64,000 nucleotides of DNA from Tricharina praecox (lineage: Eukaryota): contig NW_026250438.1 of the NCBI RefSeq assembly GCF_024521635.1, positions 1 to 64,000 on the forward strand. Reading direction: 5' to 3'. Under the pieces are notes generated by a model. That model was not told the DNA's origin. It saw only the letters and a list, made by a program, of their open reading frames with translations, and made no database searches. A program made the translations under genes and the position numbers. This document shows positions 24,541 to 36,486 of the stretch, piece after piece; the stretch's first letter is position 1, and the number at the start of each line of letters is the position of its first letter.

Positions 24541-27011
24541 CGAAGAGATATCGCCCAAGCGAACAAGAACCATCAAAAGAAAACAGAAATGCACACGCAA
24601 AACAAGCGAGGCTAAACAAGATCGCACCTGGGTCCACACCCAGCCTCAACGTCTTGGCGACAAGTCCGTCCAAAGTCCGCAGCTAAGGATCGAAAAGTGC
24701 CTTCAAGACGTCAGTCCAGAATGTTTCCCACACTACCCGTCCGTAGTACCTATTAATCAATAGCTCGAGTAAGTTCAGTAAACGGCAACTGAGAGCTCTT
24801 GTATGTGACGCGTGGTGAGGAAGGTGTCTGTCTATTCGGCAGTACTCACTAGGTGGTTGCCAACACAGTTCCGCAACTCAAAAGCAACCCCGTAGCCACC
24901 CTGACTCTATCCTCCGACGCTGCGCCGTCTGGAGGGTAGGCGAGAAGTAGGTGGGCGAGGAATTTTCGCCGTCTGCAACAACTGCATCGTGTGGCTCCGG
25001 CAAAGCGAGGTCACTCTGGGCGGAGGCGATGTTAGCGACGCCGGTATGATATTAGCTGACACTTCCGTCTGTGGGGATCTCACCTGCTCAGTTCCGTCGT
25101 TCTTGTTCATCGACATTCTGTACCGCTTCACGGTTTTGGTTGTGGGGAATGTCGAGCTTCGAATGTGGTAGCGGGGAGGAGGGAGGTGTGAGCGAATCGA
25201 AAGAACGAGAACAAATAGAAGAAAGAGGAGAGATGTAGGGTGATGGTCGATTGGGTAGAGGATCATCGAGAAAGAATAGGATGAAGAGAAGGAGGATGTG
25301 GAGGTTGACCGTTGTGGTCTATTCGGTAGAGGATGATCGAGAAAGAAGAAGAATATGATGATGATGAGAAAATGAAGACGAAGACGAGGATGAAGTAGAA
25401 GAAGAGGACGACGACCCATCTTTAAATAAGAGTGGCCGGCGAAAACACAACGTTTGGCCGGCCGTGTCGGGCCAGCTTGACGTCGATGGCAACGGACAGA
25501 GACAACCACTTCAAAAGGCAACTGGTTGCTACAGGCTGGACACAGCCCGCAGCTGCACCCCGGGCGTGTCACGTCCCGCTCGACCGGTCATGTCCTGCTC
25601 GACCCTTCACGTCCTGCTCGACCGTTCAAGTCCTGCTCGACCGTTCAACTCCGTCGATGGATGTAGCAACAAGAGCCGCCGGCTCTCCCCCGCGACCCCT
25701 GAACAGTCCCCCGCGCAACCTATCTTCGCCTGCTTTGATTGTTCAGCTGTTCCGATCGTGGCATTGCCGTCACTCTCTTGTTCACCGCAGACAATCTTCA
25801 AGCATGTACATGCATACCATTACGCATCGGGACTCCCCGCATTGCAGCACTGTCGGAGGCGGTGTCACTGTGGCGACCGCAGTGAAGGTGGCTGGTCTAC
25901 AAGCCACAGACAGCATCAGAGCGTGAATCCTGATATGTGCTACAGTGTTGACTGCCGCCATGGGAGGAGGAGAGAGAGAGAGAGGATATGGTGGATTCGG
26001 TGGATCCGAGTGACATGTCAGCCGGACTGGCCGGATTGAGTGGCACCAACGTTGAAGGCAGCAGAGAGGAGCCATAAGATGGCTGTTCGTTCTTCATCAG
26101 CTTTCATTTTCGTCGTTCCCCTTCCAGGATTGCGTCATACAGCCGATCTACAGGCACAAGCAGTTCCACACATCTCGTCGTGTGGGGACACAGCAGAAAC
26201 GGCGGGCATGGCAGATGCACAAGCGGTGAAATTTCGCCGACCTGGCTAGACCAGATTCGGTGGGGTTAAACGTTCAGTGTGCTCTTGTTTACTTTGCCGG
26301 CGGGTCTGTCTGTCTGTCTCATCGTCCATCATCATTGTTTTCATCGTTCTTGCCACGGTCGTCTATTATCTGATTTACTGTACAGCCGTTGCTGCGATCG
26401 TTTTATTTAGTGTGCTCGTTCTTCTAGAACTTCCTGAATTCGACAGCAGGTTCTTTTCTAGTCTCGTCCTATTTCTCTCTCGTGACTTACACTTGTCCCT
26501 TTTCACCCTTTCCACTTCCAACTTCGACTAAGGGCCCCTCCGGCTCTTAGCTCTTCAATACCATGATATCCATTTCCACAACGTTAATTCCTCCAACAGT
26601 CTCGTTTCTCCAATCCAGAAACGTCACCCACAATCTGCGCACACCCGGCGGCGGCGGCGGCGGACGAGTGATCACCGTGAAGGGCGGGCTCGTCACTCGA
26701 CAGCGGACGCGGGCCGGCAATGATCCGAGTCGGCGATCACACCGTCACTCTGGATAAATGCGAGTGCTTCCCGCATGCACGAACGTTGCACGGACGTTCG
26801 GCCAGGGATAGATCCGCTGCTGAGAGCCTGAGATCAGGCTGAATATGTACTTATGTTGCAATTCTCCTTCAGCATGCAAGAAGCACATTCTATAATGCGC
26901 ATGTGCTCCAACACGGCCACTGATATTCCCCCTACCAGCCGCACAGCCCCGCAGCCTACCCCGCAGCCCACACCCCCACAGCCCACCCGTCCGCCGCCTC
27001 CATCCATCCAT

Positions 27012-27490
27012 CTAGATCGTACCGCAAGTCAGATTGCACTTGTAGCTGCTGATCTGATCACTATTCGTCGACCCGATATTCGAGTGTTCTCTGCGGTCCG
27101 CCTGGAAGAGCAGATCGTTGCCTAGCAGATGGCACTCGTTAGCCACCACCCCACCCCACCCCCTCTGTGAACGAGATAACTTACATCCCCCGTTCCGATA
27201 GAAATTACAGCAGCCGTACAGGACCTTGAAGCTGGTGATCTACGCCCCATCAGTCATCTCATTTTCCTTCTCGGTGGAAGCGCACATACCCGATCATTCA
27301 TCTTCGAGCCAACATCGTTACACGAGCTCCGCGCGGGCTCGACCTTGATACTGTCGCCCTTGTAGTTCGCGTCGGCGTACAGCTCGATCTTGACGTTGAT
27401 CGGGTTGATGATTATCTGCGGCCGTGGGGCGGCGGATACGAGTGTTGCCAGGCCGAGGACGAAGGCGGCGAGGAGGGGGGTGGGATGCAT
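27012..27490 (-). CDS. Small secreted Cys-rich beta/gamma-crystallin-like protein B (121 aa)
   Basis: complement(join(27012..27121,27185..27239,27290..27490)). Signal peptide, then IELYADANYKG...SCNDVGSKMNDR|ITSFKVLYGCCNFYRNGG|CNDLLFQADRR...NSDQISSYKCNLTC. Confidence 0.85.
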
Positions 27491-27565
27491 GTTGATGTTG
27501 ATTCTGCGCGGCGTCGAGGAAGTAGGACGAGGAGGATGAAGAGGAGGCGGCGGCGGTGGTGCTGA

Positions 27566-27623
27566 TGGTGGTGGTGGTGGTGGTGGTGGTGGTGGTGGTG
27601 GTGGTGGTGGTGGTGGTGGTGGT
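27566..27623. repeat. (GGT/ACC)n microsatellite just upstream of crystallin-like gene B
   Basis: About 19 uninterrupted TGG units. Confidence 0.95.
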
Positions 27624-30496
27624 GAGGGCGCGTTTATGTATGATACATGTCTGGTACATACCCGCGCCCTCGGGCTTCGGGCCGGCTTTCCCCTGGGCCC
27701 TGGGCCCTGGGTACTGGACAGCGCCCTGCAGCGCTTCGCTGGCATACATACATCCTACATACGGTATGCAAAGCATCCGACTGAGCCATGTATGTAGCAC
27801 ATGTACCACATGTATCAGGGTGCACTGTGCAGCGGTCAACCCCGCTCAGCTCAGCTCACCTCACGCACTGCACGCACGGCCGTTTCGGATCCACCGGTTA
27901 TATCGGATCCGATCGGCGTGGGGATTCCTGGGCTCTACATACATACAGGGAGAAATTCCGGGCTCTGCACGTGGCCCGCGCTGGAGTAGGTAGGTCGTTG
28001 GCGGTTGGCGGTTATGTAGGAAACGGAAGTGCCAGGGGGTTGCGTGGGGGCGAAGTCTATCGAGACGTCGGGGATACCTGGGAATCTGGGATACCTGGGA
28101 TGGATGGATGGACGAATGGATGGTGCCGAGGCTTGTTCCTTGTCAGTCACTCGGAAACCTGACGGGATGATGGATTAGCCTTCGGGTGCCGAGAAGAAAT
28201 TGGGCCGCCTGTGGCTAGAGTCTAGACGGCCTGCGGGCACTTTACGATGCGGCGATGCGGCGTAGGCAGAAATTGAGAGGATGCGCTGGCCGCATCTGCA
28301 GTGTGAAGTTCGAGTGGAAGTGGAGTTGTAAGTTTTCTTCCTTCCTAGACCGCACAGACTTGACTTGCTACGATGGGAAAGAGAATGAAAATACTAGATA
28401 TATCTATTTTTTTGGCGGCTGTAAGTACTCTACGTCGCGATTATCCCGCAAACATGAGCCTTTAATACTCGCGTTGCAGAATAAAGTAGAAAAAGATGGA
28501 CGTCTCACTTCATTGCATTGCGCCTTTACCGCCACGGAGCCTCGACTCCGCGGCTTTACCGCCAGGAAAAACCATCGTACATACGCACCAGCCCACAAGT
28601 TATAATCCAGCTACAACTTTGCGAGCTCGAATACGCATCCGCCTCTTCCGGTGTTCACCCATCTTCTTGGGCACATGTTAGCCACGTCCCGAAAAATTGA
28701 ACTTCTTGTACATACGAGTCCTCATGATGTGTGCCTATTGATGCCGCGGGGATGGAACTTCATAGACGTATGATATGGTCCACCACCTCGGCTCCATCAA
28801 TGCGGACTATGGCGGAGGTATATCCGAAACTGTTCGGTACCATAGTCGTGAACGTCGCTGTTTCGATAGGATCGTTGTCGTGCCGAGAAGTAGCGCTGGT
28901 ATATCATGCCGAGCGTGATTGAGCACGACACGACGAGGGGTATCCGATTGACTGTGCCCATGTACGATACGTTACGGTACAGCGATTTCACCGAGGGATG
29001 GTCCATGGAGGAGGCTGGGATTGCATGTTGTTGAGGATTCCACCTGGGTTGGCGAGGAAGCGTCGGATGATGTACCTAGAATAGGTCAACACTCATAGTT
29101 TCAGATGCGGTCAACCCAATGCCAGCAGGACCACGTCGCAGCAATATGTGAACGGAGAACATTTCCATGATCTAGATACCTAGCCTCTGGGTCGCATGCA
29201 ATCAATGCTTAACAAAACAAAATAGGTATATGGAAGGAGACGAATATACAGCCGTTCGACTAATACGTCAAACAAGTCTAGGCGAAACGGCGAAGTGTAG
29301 GACGATTGACGGGAGTGGGTGAGCGGGCCGCGGTTACTGCGGTTACTGCATCACGTGACCGTCACGGTTGAAGCGGCGGGCTCGCACATCAACGTCTACG
29401 TAGGTGGCCAAAGTCTACGAGCAGTAACGCCGTATGCGAAAGTGAATCAATGTTCTTTCTCTCTCTCTCTCCCAAGTTGACTTACGAGCTGGGAACTTTG
29501 GAGGCACGCATACCTATTCTCGGCATTGCCTAGAAACGATGCAGCGAGCAATGAAACAATAGACCCAAACAGCCAAACAACGAAACAGCCGAGCGACGCG
29601 CGCAAGGAAACACCGAAAGTCCATACTTCGTATGTAGGAGATGACCAATGCGAATCGACGCTACGCCTACGCCCTGGTTTGCAATAGGGATTGCAAGGTT
29701 GCGTCCTGGCCCCTGATCACCAACCCCCGCAATATCAATCCGACCTTGCCCATCCATGCCCATCCATGCCTGAAACGCGGATGCGTGATAATTATTCCGT
29801 CTCTCCCCGTCTGTTCCCGGCATTCACTCTCTACCATACATACGTTCCAGCATGTTTCTATACCTGGTAAACGTCGTGCCGACAAGATCGAGCCCACTTC
29901 TGGGCCTGGAACTTCCACTTGAGATGTCGGCTCCTTCTTCCTGGGGACTTCGTGTGGAACGGTTGTCAGGAGCCCTTGACGGACCGTTACTCGTATGTAG
30001 AGTACATATGTATCTACGAGAATAGTAACTACTTAGAGCTAACTGGGTGCGTGTATAGGTACCAGCGCAGGCCATGCACATTGCCCACATCCCGAATGCC
30101 GTGGCTGGACATAACCTTCGCTACCCACTCTGGCCGGCAGGGGACTCTTCACCTCGAACACTGCTCGACTCTATTTCGCTACTTGGAAAAGTAGGTACAT
30201 TGGTGTATGACTCTTGCACCGTTGCACGGCGAACACTCGATCCAGCTGTGAAACGCGAGTGGAAAATACCGGTGACTTATTTCTGTTACGGATATGAAGT
30301 ATACATTATACAGGCATGATCTATCGTCTATCAAGGTCGAATGCCATGATAAAAATCCCCAACAAGATAACCCGGATAGCACATTGCCACCCGCCACCCC
30401 CATCAACTGCTCCCGAATGCCGACGCACAATCGCATCTATTCCTTGAGTGACAGCCTCCCATCGCACGGCTTCAATCATCCCCGCACACACAGCCG

Positions 30497-33346
30497 TCAA
30501 GTAATACACCACCTCTGTTTCGGCGCCGTCATATTCCCGCGGAACACACGGTCCAGGGTGCGACGACTCCTACCCAGATGCGCGAAGCCCACAATCCTAC
30601 AGACGAATTCCGTTCCCTCATCCCCGCGGTCGGTGGTTCCCTCGACGGCAACCACCGCCGCATTCGGGGACTCGTCCATTCTGTGCCGGGGCTTACATAT
30701 CAACGCGAGATTCCTCTGCATCGGGATTGGCGGGGCGGATGGCGGGAACAGCTGCATCAGCAGCTGGGCGCCGGTCTGTTCCGAGAGGATGGTGGCGTTG
30801 GGCGGGAGGGTTTCGTCGTCGGCGGATGGCGGAGCTTCCTCCAGGGATTCGGGCTGCGAGAACACGAAGCCGCCCAGCTGCACGTGCAGCCCGTCCGCGT
30901 CGCACGTGCCAAAGTCCCAGCCCAGGTATGCGTTGGAGTCGCAGGATGTGATGGACGCGAGCGCCCAGCGGAACCCGGGGACGGAAAGCTTCTGCTCGTA
31001 CCGCCATAGCACGCCGTACGGGATCGAGCGCACGGTCTGGTAGAAGTGGGCCATTCGCTGCTCGCCGGTTGTGGCGGACAAGATTGCCGATAGGTCCAGC
31101 CCCATCAAAGAGGCGATGCACACGGGTACGTCTTCAATCTTGCTGGTGGATCGGTGCTCGATCGCAAAGTGGAAGGTGTAGAAGTGCGATATAACCTTCC
31201 CCTGAGAGTCTCGCATCGCGCGCACCGACGGGATGCGCTGTCCCAGTGATAACATCACCCCGGCGTCGCCGAGAAGATGCCGCTCTTCGGACGCAATATC
31301 GGGCGTCCCCTCGTCCTCGTGCGCCCCCACCATCAACTTCCGGTTCTTATCGTACTTTTGATACAAGAACGGGCCGTCAGCCATCTGGAAGTATATCCTC
31401 TCAGCAGTGTGGGCATCGCTCGCCAGCGAGGCCTCCTGCAGTGTCCACAGGCGCTTCATCCAGCCACTGCAGAGGATGCGCAATCCGACCTCGAGGAACG
31501 ACGCGGGGAACGACTCGACGATCTCCAGTTCGCGGTCCAGCACCAGCACTGCGTTCGCCTCGTGGAAGGTCTTGCCCAGCAGCTGGATGGCCGTGCGACG
31601 GTACTGTTTGGCGCTCGGCGCTACGGGAATGCACAACGTGTCTATCCACACTCCGACTGTCCGGCCGTCCGCTCGCCCGCTGGCATCGTAGATCTGGTAT
31701 AACTCGTCGACATATCCGCGCAGGCGCCGGAGCTGGCACTTGGGGAGCGCGTTGACGAAAGGGTTTCCGAGCCCATCGGCCCCTGTACCATGGGTCAGCG
31801 ACATGGTAAGACAGTGAGAGGGTGCGCCGGGGGGGGGGGGGGGGGGGGGGGGGGGCATACACACGTGGGAGAGCGCAATATAGGGATGATCGTCGCTCGC
31901 GATAACCTCGAGCTCCAGTTGATCCGTTATAAACACCTTGGGTACTCGTCCCGCGGCCAGGGCCTGCACCAGGAGCGTGGTGGGCACCTCAGTAACCTCG
32001 CAGCGGCAGTCATCATCCGTATGTCTCGTATGGTAAGTCGCCTCGTCGGTTTGGTACGCGGAGCAGACTATTTCGCCACAGCCGGAATGATCTCTGATCC
32101 TCGGCCGATCCAGTAGCGATGCGACCAGCACGTCCTCGGGTGTCATCGAGTCGAATTCACTCTCGCACCAGCCGGCCTCCCTCATCGCGTCCTCCGCGAG
32201 ATCCGAGAACTGGTCGAGCCCCTCGCTGTAGTCCATTGGCTGCAAGCACTTCCGGATCCGCTGTCTCCCCCAGCCCTCCTCCTCCATCGCCGTGAACCCA
32301 CGGATATTCACGTGCGACCGCAAGTGCAGTCCTACCAAGCGGACGACGATATCGAGTGACTGCAAGATCCGCCCTTCAGCAAACGTATACTCGAACCTCT
32401 TTGTCCGCTCCTCGTCAACGATCTCCTCCGTAAGCATCAGCCGCGCATGTCTCGCCACCTTCATGACGCTTTCCATCAGCGCCTTATCGCCGGCGCGACC
32501 CGTCCGTTTCGTCGCCTCAAACCAGCGGCTGGACAACCCGTTGAGCCCCGCCGTCGAAACCTCGTCGCCAGCCTCCGCCACGAACTCGGCGTCAACATCG
32601 ATCACAAGCCCACACAGCCTTGAAACCTCGTCCAGCACACCAAAGAACAACCACGCCTGCAGAAACGCGACCTTATCCTCCGCCCTGACGGGCTTGCCGT
32701 CGACACGCGAGAATATCGGCGGCTGCGGACTTCGTTCCTCCTCCCCCTCCTGCTCGGCCTGCTGCTGGCATCGCCGCCCAGGCGGACACAGAACGTGGCA
32801 TACCATGTCTGCCAGATGCACGTTCCAGCCGTGGCGGAGCGGGAACGTCCAGAAGTCGAGGTGGTCGTATGGCTGTGACGTGCAGAGGTAGGGCACTGTG
32901 AACGAGGCGAATTCGGGGCGTGGCGGGGTGTTCGGTGAACAGTGCGGCACGGTCAGGGGGGCGAATGAGGCATTGGGAAATGGCGGGCTGGCTGCCGAGG
33001 CGGTGGCCCCGGAGCTTTGCGGTGGGTTTCCCGGCGCAGGGGTGGTATCGGCTGGTACGGCGCCGGCGGTGGCCGGAGGCGAGTCCGTTACGGTACTCCA
33101 GCCGGACACGGACACGGCACTACCGATATCCTGCGCGGCTGGTTGCGGGTTCGACTGCTGCTCGACACTCGCCGAAGCCGGTGCCGCGACAGTCCCCAAA
33201 GCCCCATGATCGACGTCGCTCTGTTCCAGCGGCACATCCGGCAAATCCGGTTTCGCGGCCTGCGCTTCGGCATGACGGTCCTTGCGGAGCACTCGTCGCA
33301 GAAGCCGGTGGGTGTACCGGCACAGGGAGTCCCACCAGCGGGGCAT
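30497..33346 (-). CDS. HET (heterokaryon incompatibility) domain protein
   Basis: Removing intron 31783..31860 (GTATGC..GCTGAC..CAG) restores YIALSHVWADGLGN. Also WIDTLCIP, VLVLD, WMKRLWTLQE, RSTSK..D and N-terminal FLQAWLFFGVL. Start codon uncertain. Confidence 0.93.
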   Translation of the reverse strand: MPRWWDSLCRYTHRLLRRVLRKDRHAEAQAAKPDLPDVPLEQSDVDHGALGTVAAPASASVEQQSNPQPAAQDIGSAVSVSGWSTVTDSPPATAGAVPADTTPAPGNPPQSSGATASAASPPFPNASFAPLTVPHCSPNTPPRPEFASFTVPYLCTSQPYDHLDFWTFPLRHGWNVHLADMVCHVLCPPGRRCQQQAEQEGEEERSPQPPIFSRVDGKPVRAEDKVAFLQAWLFFGVLDEVSRLCGLVIDVDAEFVAEAGDEVSTAGLNGLSSRWFEATKRTGRAGDKALMESVMKVARHARLMLTEEIVDEERTKRFEYTFAEGRILQSLDIVVRLVGLHLRSHVNIRGFTAMEEEGWGRQRIRKCLQPMDYSEGLDQFSDLAEDAMREAGWCESEFDSMTPEDVLVASLLDRPRIRDHSGCGEIVCSAYQTDEATYHTRHTDDDCRCEVTEVPTTLLVQALAAGRVPKVFITDQLELEVIASDDHPYIALSHVCMPPPPPPPPPGAPSHCLTMSLTHGTGADGLGNPFVNALPKCQLRRLRGYVDELYQIYDASGRADGRTVGVWIDTLCIPVAPSAKQYRRTAIQLLGKTFHEANAVLVLDRELEIVESFPASFLEVGLRILCSGWMKRLWTLQEASLASDAHTAERIYFQMADGPFLYQKYDKNRKLMVGAHEDEGTPDIASEERHLLGDAGVMLSLGQRIPSVRAMRDSQGKVISHFYTFHFAIEHRSTSKIEDVPVCIASLMGLDLSAILSATTGEQRMAHFYQTVRSIPYGVLWRYEQKLSVPGFRWALASITSCDSNAYLGWDFGTCDADGLHVQLGGFVFSQPESLEEAPPSADDETLPPNATILSEQTGAQLLMQLFPPSAPPIPMQRNLALICKPRHRMDESPNAAVVAVEGTTDRGDEGTEFVCRIVGFAHLGRSRRTLDRVFRGNMTAPKQRWCIT

Positions 33347-35508
33347 CAGTATCTTTCCGCGGGGATAGATTCGAAACTGGAGACGCGTGGTATTATGGTT
33401 GATGGGTAGTTTGCGTGTTCGTGATGTGACGCGCTACATATGAAGAACCAGCTGGCATGCAGCCTCGGTGCCTGGATATATATCGGGCTGCATTAGCCTG
33501 TCGGAGGTCGCAGGTGCATACGCCAATGATATCGAGACTTGATGATGATAATGACTAACTACATCGGGCTTCACGGGATTGCACTCATAAACAACGTCGA
33601 AGTCAACAAAATTCTGCAGAATAAGTCCAATACCCATGAAGTCGGTCTCGTAGAGTACACTGGTACAGTTTGTGACCAGTATTCGAATTTACCTTCATAT
33701 TTGCGTGTCCAGAACCGCAAGATTGGTTGTGTTATCGTGGTGCTGCACGACTTGGTGTCCATCTCGAAATATCGAAGCGGTACCACATGACCTATCGAGA
33801 TGCCAGCGGTTTCTCCAGGACCATAGCCACTCGTTTAGTCTGCGCTTAGATCATGCGGTTTCTGTGCCGAAATCGGGTTGATTTCCGCGAGGTATCACTC
33901 GATCATTTCACTGTGGTGCTTGTCGTAATATCTGCTTAAGTCGTTTACGCGGTCATGGCGTCGGGAGCACTGGCCGCCTACCACCCGTCTTTTATGTATT
34001 CTCTCGAGGCTTCAGACTCTCACACCACAACAACAATACATTGCTTGTTCACACATTCCAACAGTGCTGCGCAAGGAAGGGTTGTGGCTCATCTATGTCT
34101 CAGCCACACCCGTCTTGCTCTATGTAGTAGCGTATCCAGCGACCATGACGCATGCGGGGCTCCCCGTGGCACGCGAATCTCCAACCACTTTTTAGACAGC
34201 ACGGCCAATCGGCCTTACATACATGATGGGAGATGTCTCGAACTGCAAATTCTGCGACCTCCCGAGTCCTACAGTATTGCCAACAACGGTAATTTGACGC
34301 GGGTTTGCTGCGAGATGGTGTACCTGCAGGCATCCGAAAACTATCACCGACGCTGGTGCTGTACGGCCGGCCGATAGCTACAGCTTCGGACGTGGTCCAT
34401 CCATGCATGCGTCCAGCTTCTCCTTCTCCTTCTCCTCTTCTCCTTCTCTACCTATTTCAAGAGAGAGACCGAGGGGGACCTGTCAGGGCGCTATGTGCTA
34501 TGGAGGGCAGACCCGATGCGTTCGTTGAAGGTTGAATTGTTTTCTATTGTTGCTTTTCTGTTCGGACTCGACGATCAACTCGACTCAGCAGGCACCACGG
34601 CGTCAGTCCTCTTCGACGCCTTGACCACAACTGGAGAACGACCAACAACAAATCCAAAACCACAGCCTTCCCCCGTGCTACACCATACCGATTGTCAACT
34701 ACGCTACTGCGCGCTCCGCCGTCACCCGCTCCCGCCGATGCCCCGTTTACGCTGGCTGCATCTGTAGCGATCACGGCTGGCACCGGACCGAGCAACCTGC
34801 TCTGCCTACATACGGCACCAGCAGCGCGAATCACGGAGTCCGGCACCGCCCACGCCGCGAAATGCCGTCGGAGAGTGTCACTCCGGGCCGGGTGTAGCGC
34901 GCCGCGTCGGTAGCCGGCCCCCAGTCCCCGGCGCTCGGGAAGACGGGAGCGGGGCGCGTCTGACGTTGCCTGCCGACTGCCTACACACCTGGAGTAAATG
35001 TGGAAGTTCGGAGGTGTGGTGTGGCCCGTTGTCGGTACGCGGGCGGAGACGAGGCGCTGGGACCACGAACAGCCTACAGGGATTTGGCTTCCGCCGCACC
35101 GGAGAAACCTGGGAAACGTCATATATGAGCCTTGATGACGAGTCCGGGATGCTTGATGCTTGATGCCAGTGGACACACGGTATGTGTACCATAGATCGAT
35201 AGAAGTGACAACTCTGCATCCCGTCGCACATCTCCCGCTGCAAAGGCCGGGTGTTTGGGATTACGATGACTGGGGACTCGGTTGACACGGTTTCGCGCTT
35301 TGCACACAGTCGAGATTGTGGTTTAAAGTTATGAAAGCATCGATTTGACGTTGCACGTGAATGTACCCTGATTCTGCTCATACATATAACCAAACAACCA
35401 GAACAGAAAGGAAAAACAAAAAACATCCCGCAGTCGCAGTGCTCAAATTCGCTCAATCCCAATCGTACAAGCGCCTATTCTCCGTCGTAACGTCGTGTGC
35501 GAGCTTAC

Positions 35509-36486
35509 TTAACGGGTACCAATCGGGGGAGTGGTCATTCCAGTCCTATGCGCGTCCCTCAGCATATCCGAGCTGCTGCTGGCCATGCGATGGTAACCGG
35601 GGCGCTTCCCTTCCTGGAGGTGAGCATTGGGGTAGGTCTGCTGCGCGCCACCATTTTCGCGGACCTGGGGCTCTCCCGCGAAGCTCTCGCATACTCCGCC
35701 GCGGCCCTCGAGCGTGCCGCCGGCCTTCAGGAACTCGTCCATCGTCATCTTGGGCTGCACCGTCGCAGGGTGGAACGTCGGCTCGTACTCGATCCGCTCA
35801 TGGATCGGAACCGTCGTGTGGACCACGGTCGGCTGGATCACCTCTCGCTCGATCACGGGCTGCACTTGCTCGTACACGTGGTGGTGGATGTGCTCGCCTT
35901 GCACGGTTCCCACTTGTACCTTCTCGTGCGTGGTGGGGAGGACCGTAGTTGTCGAGCGGAATTTCTGCGCCTGTAAGAGGCTGGTTAGTTTCATTCATGC
36001 ATCACGGTGGTGATTGAGCAGCCTGCCTCCTCCTCAAGCTTCCGCTTAATCTCGGCCTCCTTTCCGTGATGGGTCTCGCGGTGGACGACAGGCAAAACTT
36101 TCGCCTCGTGCTTCTCTGCGGCACGGACGTGGTCCTCAATGGGCTGAATGCGGATCTGGTGGTGGTCCTGGTGGATCTCGCGGTCGATGGCGACGGTCTC
36201 CTTGACGACTTCGACGGGCACGACGGTCTCCTTGGTCACGGCGGGCTTGAAGTCTTCGCACACCACGGTCTCGTGGTGGTGGTCGCGGTGGCTGGGAGAG
36301 TCAGCACCGGTGCCCCCGAAAGCAGGCGACTTGGGGGACTGCGGGGTCACGGGAAAGGTGGCGGGGACGGGGTTGGGGTCCATGATTTTAATTGTGATAG
36401 TGAGGATTGTGTGGCTTCAATGAAGGGAGGGAGAGCAGAAGATATACTCACAGAAAGTTGCGGGCGGCGTCCTTAGCGGCTTGCAT
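35509..36486 (-). CDS. Conserved fungal His-rich protein (often annotated 'allergen')
   Basis: complement(join(35509..35970,36027..36291,36452..36486)): MQAAKDAARNFL|HRDHHHETVV...PAVTKETV...DREIHQDHHQIRIQPIED...HIHHHVYEQVQPVIEREVIQPTVVHTTVPIHE. Confidence 0.85.

Noticed and set aside
27318..27993. Poly-Thr, poly-Val and poly-Pro ORFs
   Set aside because: Artefacts of the GGT microsatellite; likewise the poly-Asn/Cys ORFs at 56.1-56.5 kb.
28640..30320. Short ORFs and intron-like signals near 28.7-29.2 kb and 29.9-30.3 kb
   Set aside because: No consistent spliced product or recognisable domain.
33434..33960. Possible HET C-terminal remnant (ILRFWT..., MGIGLI)
   Set aside because: Only very short motifs in different frames; not supportable without a search.
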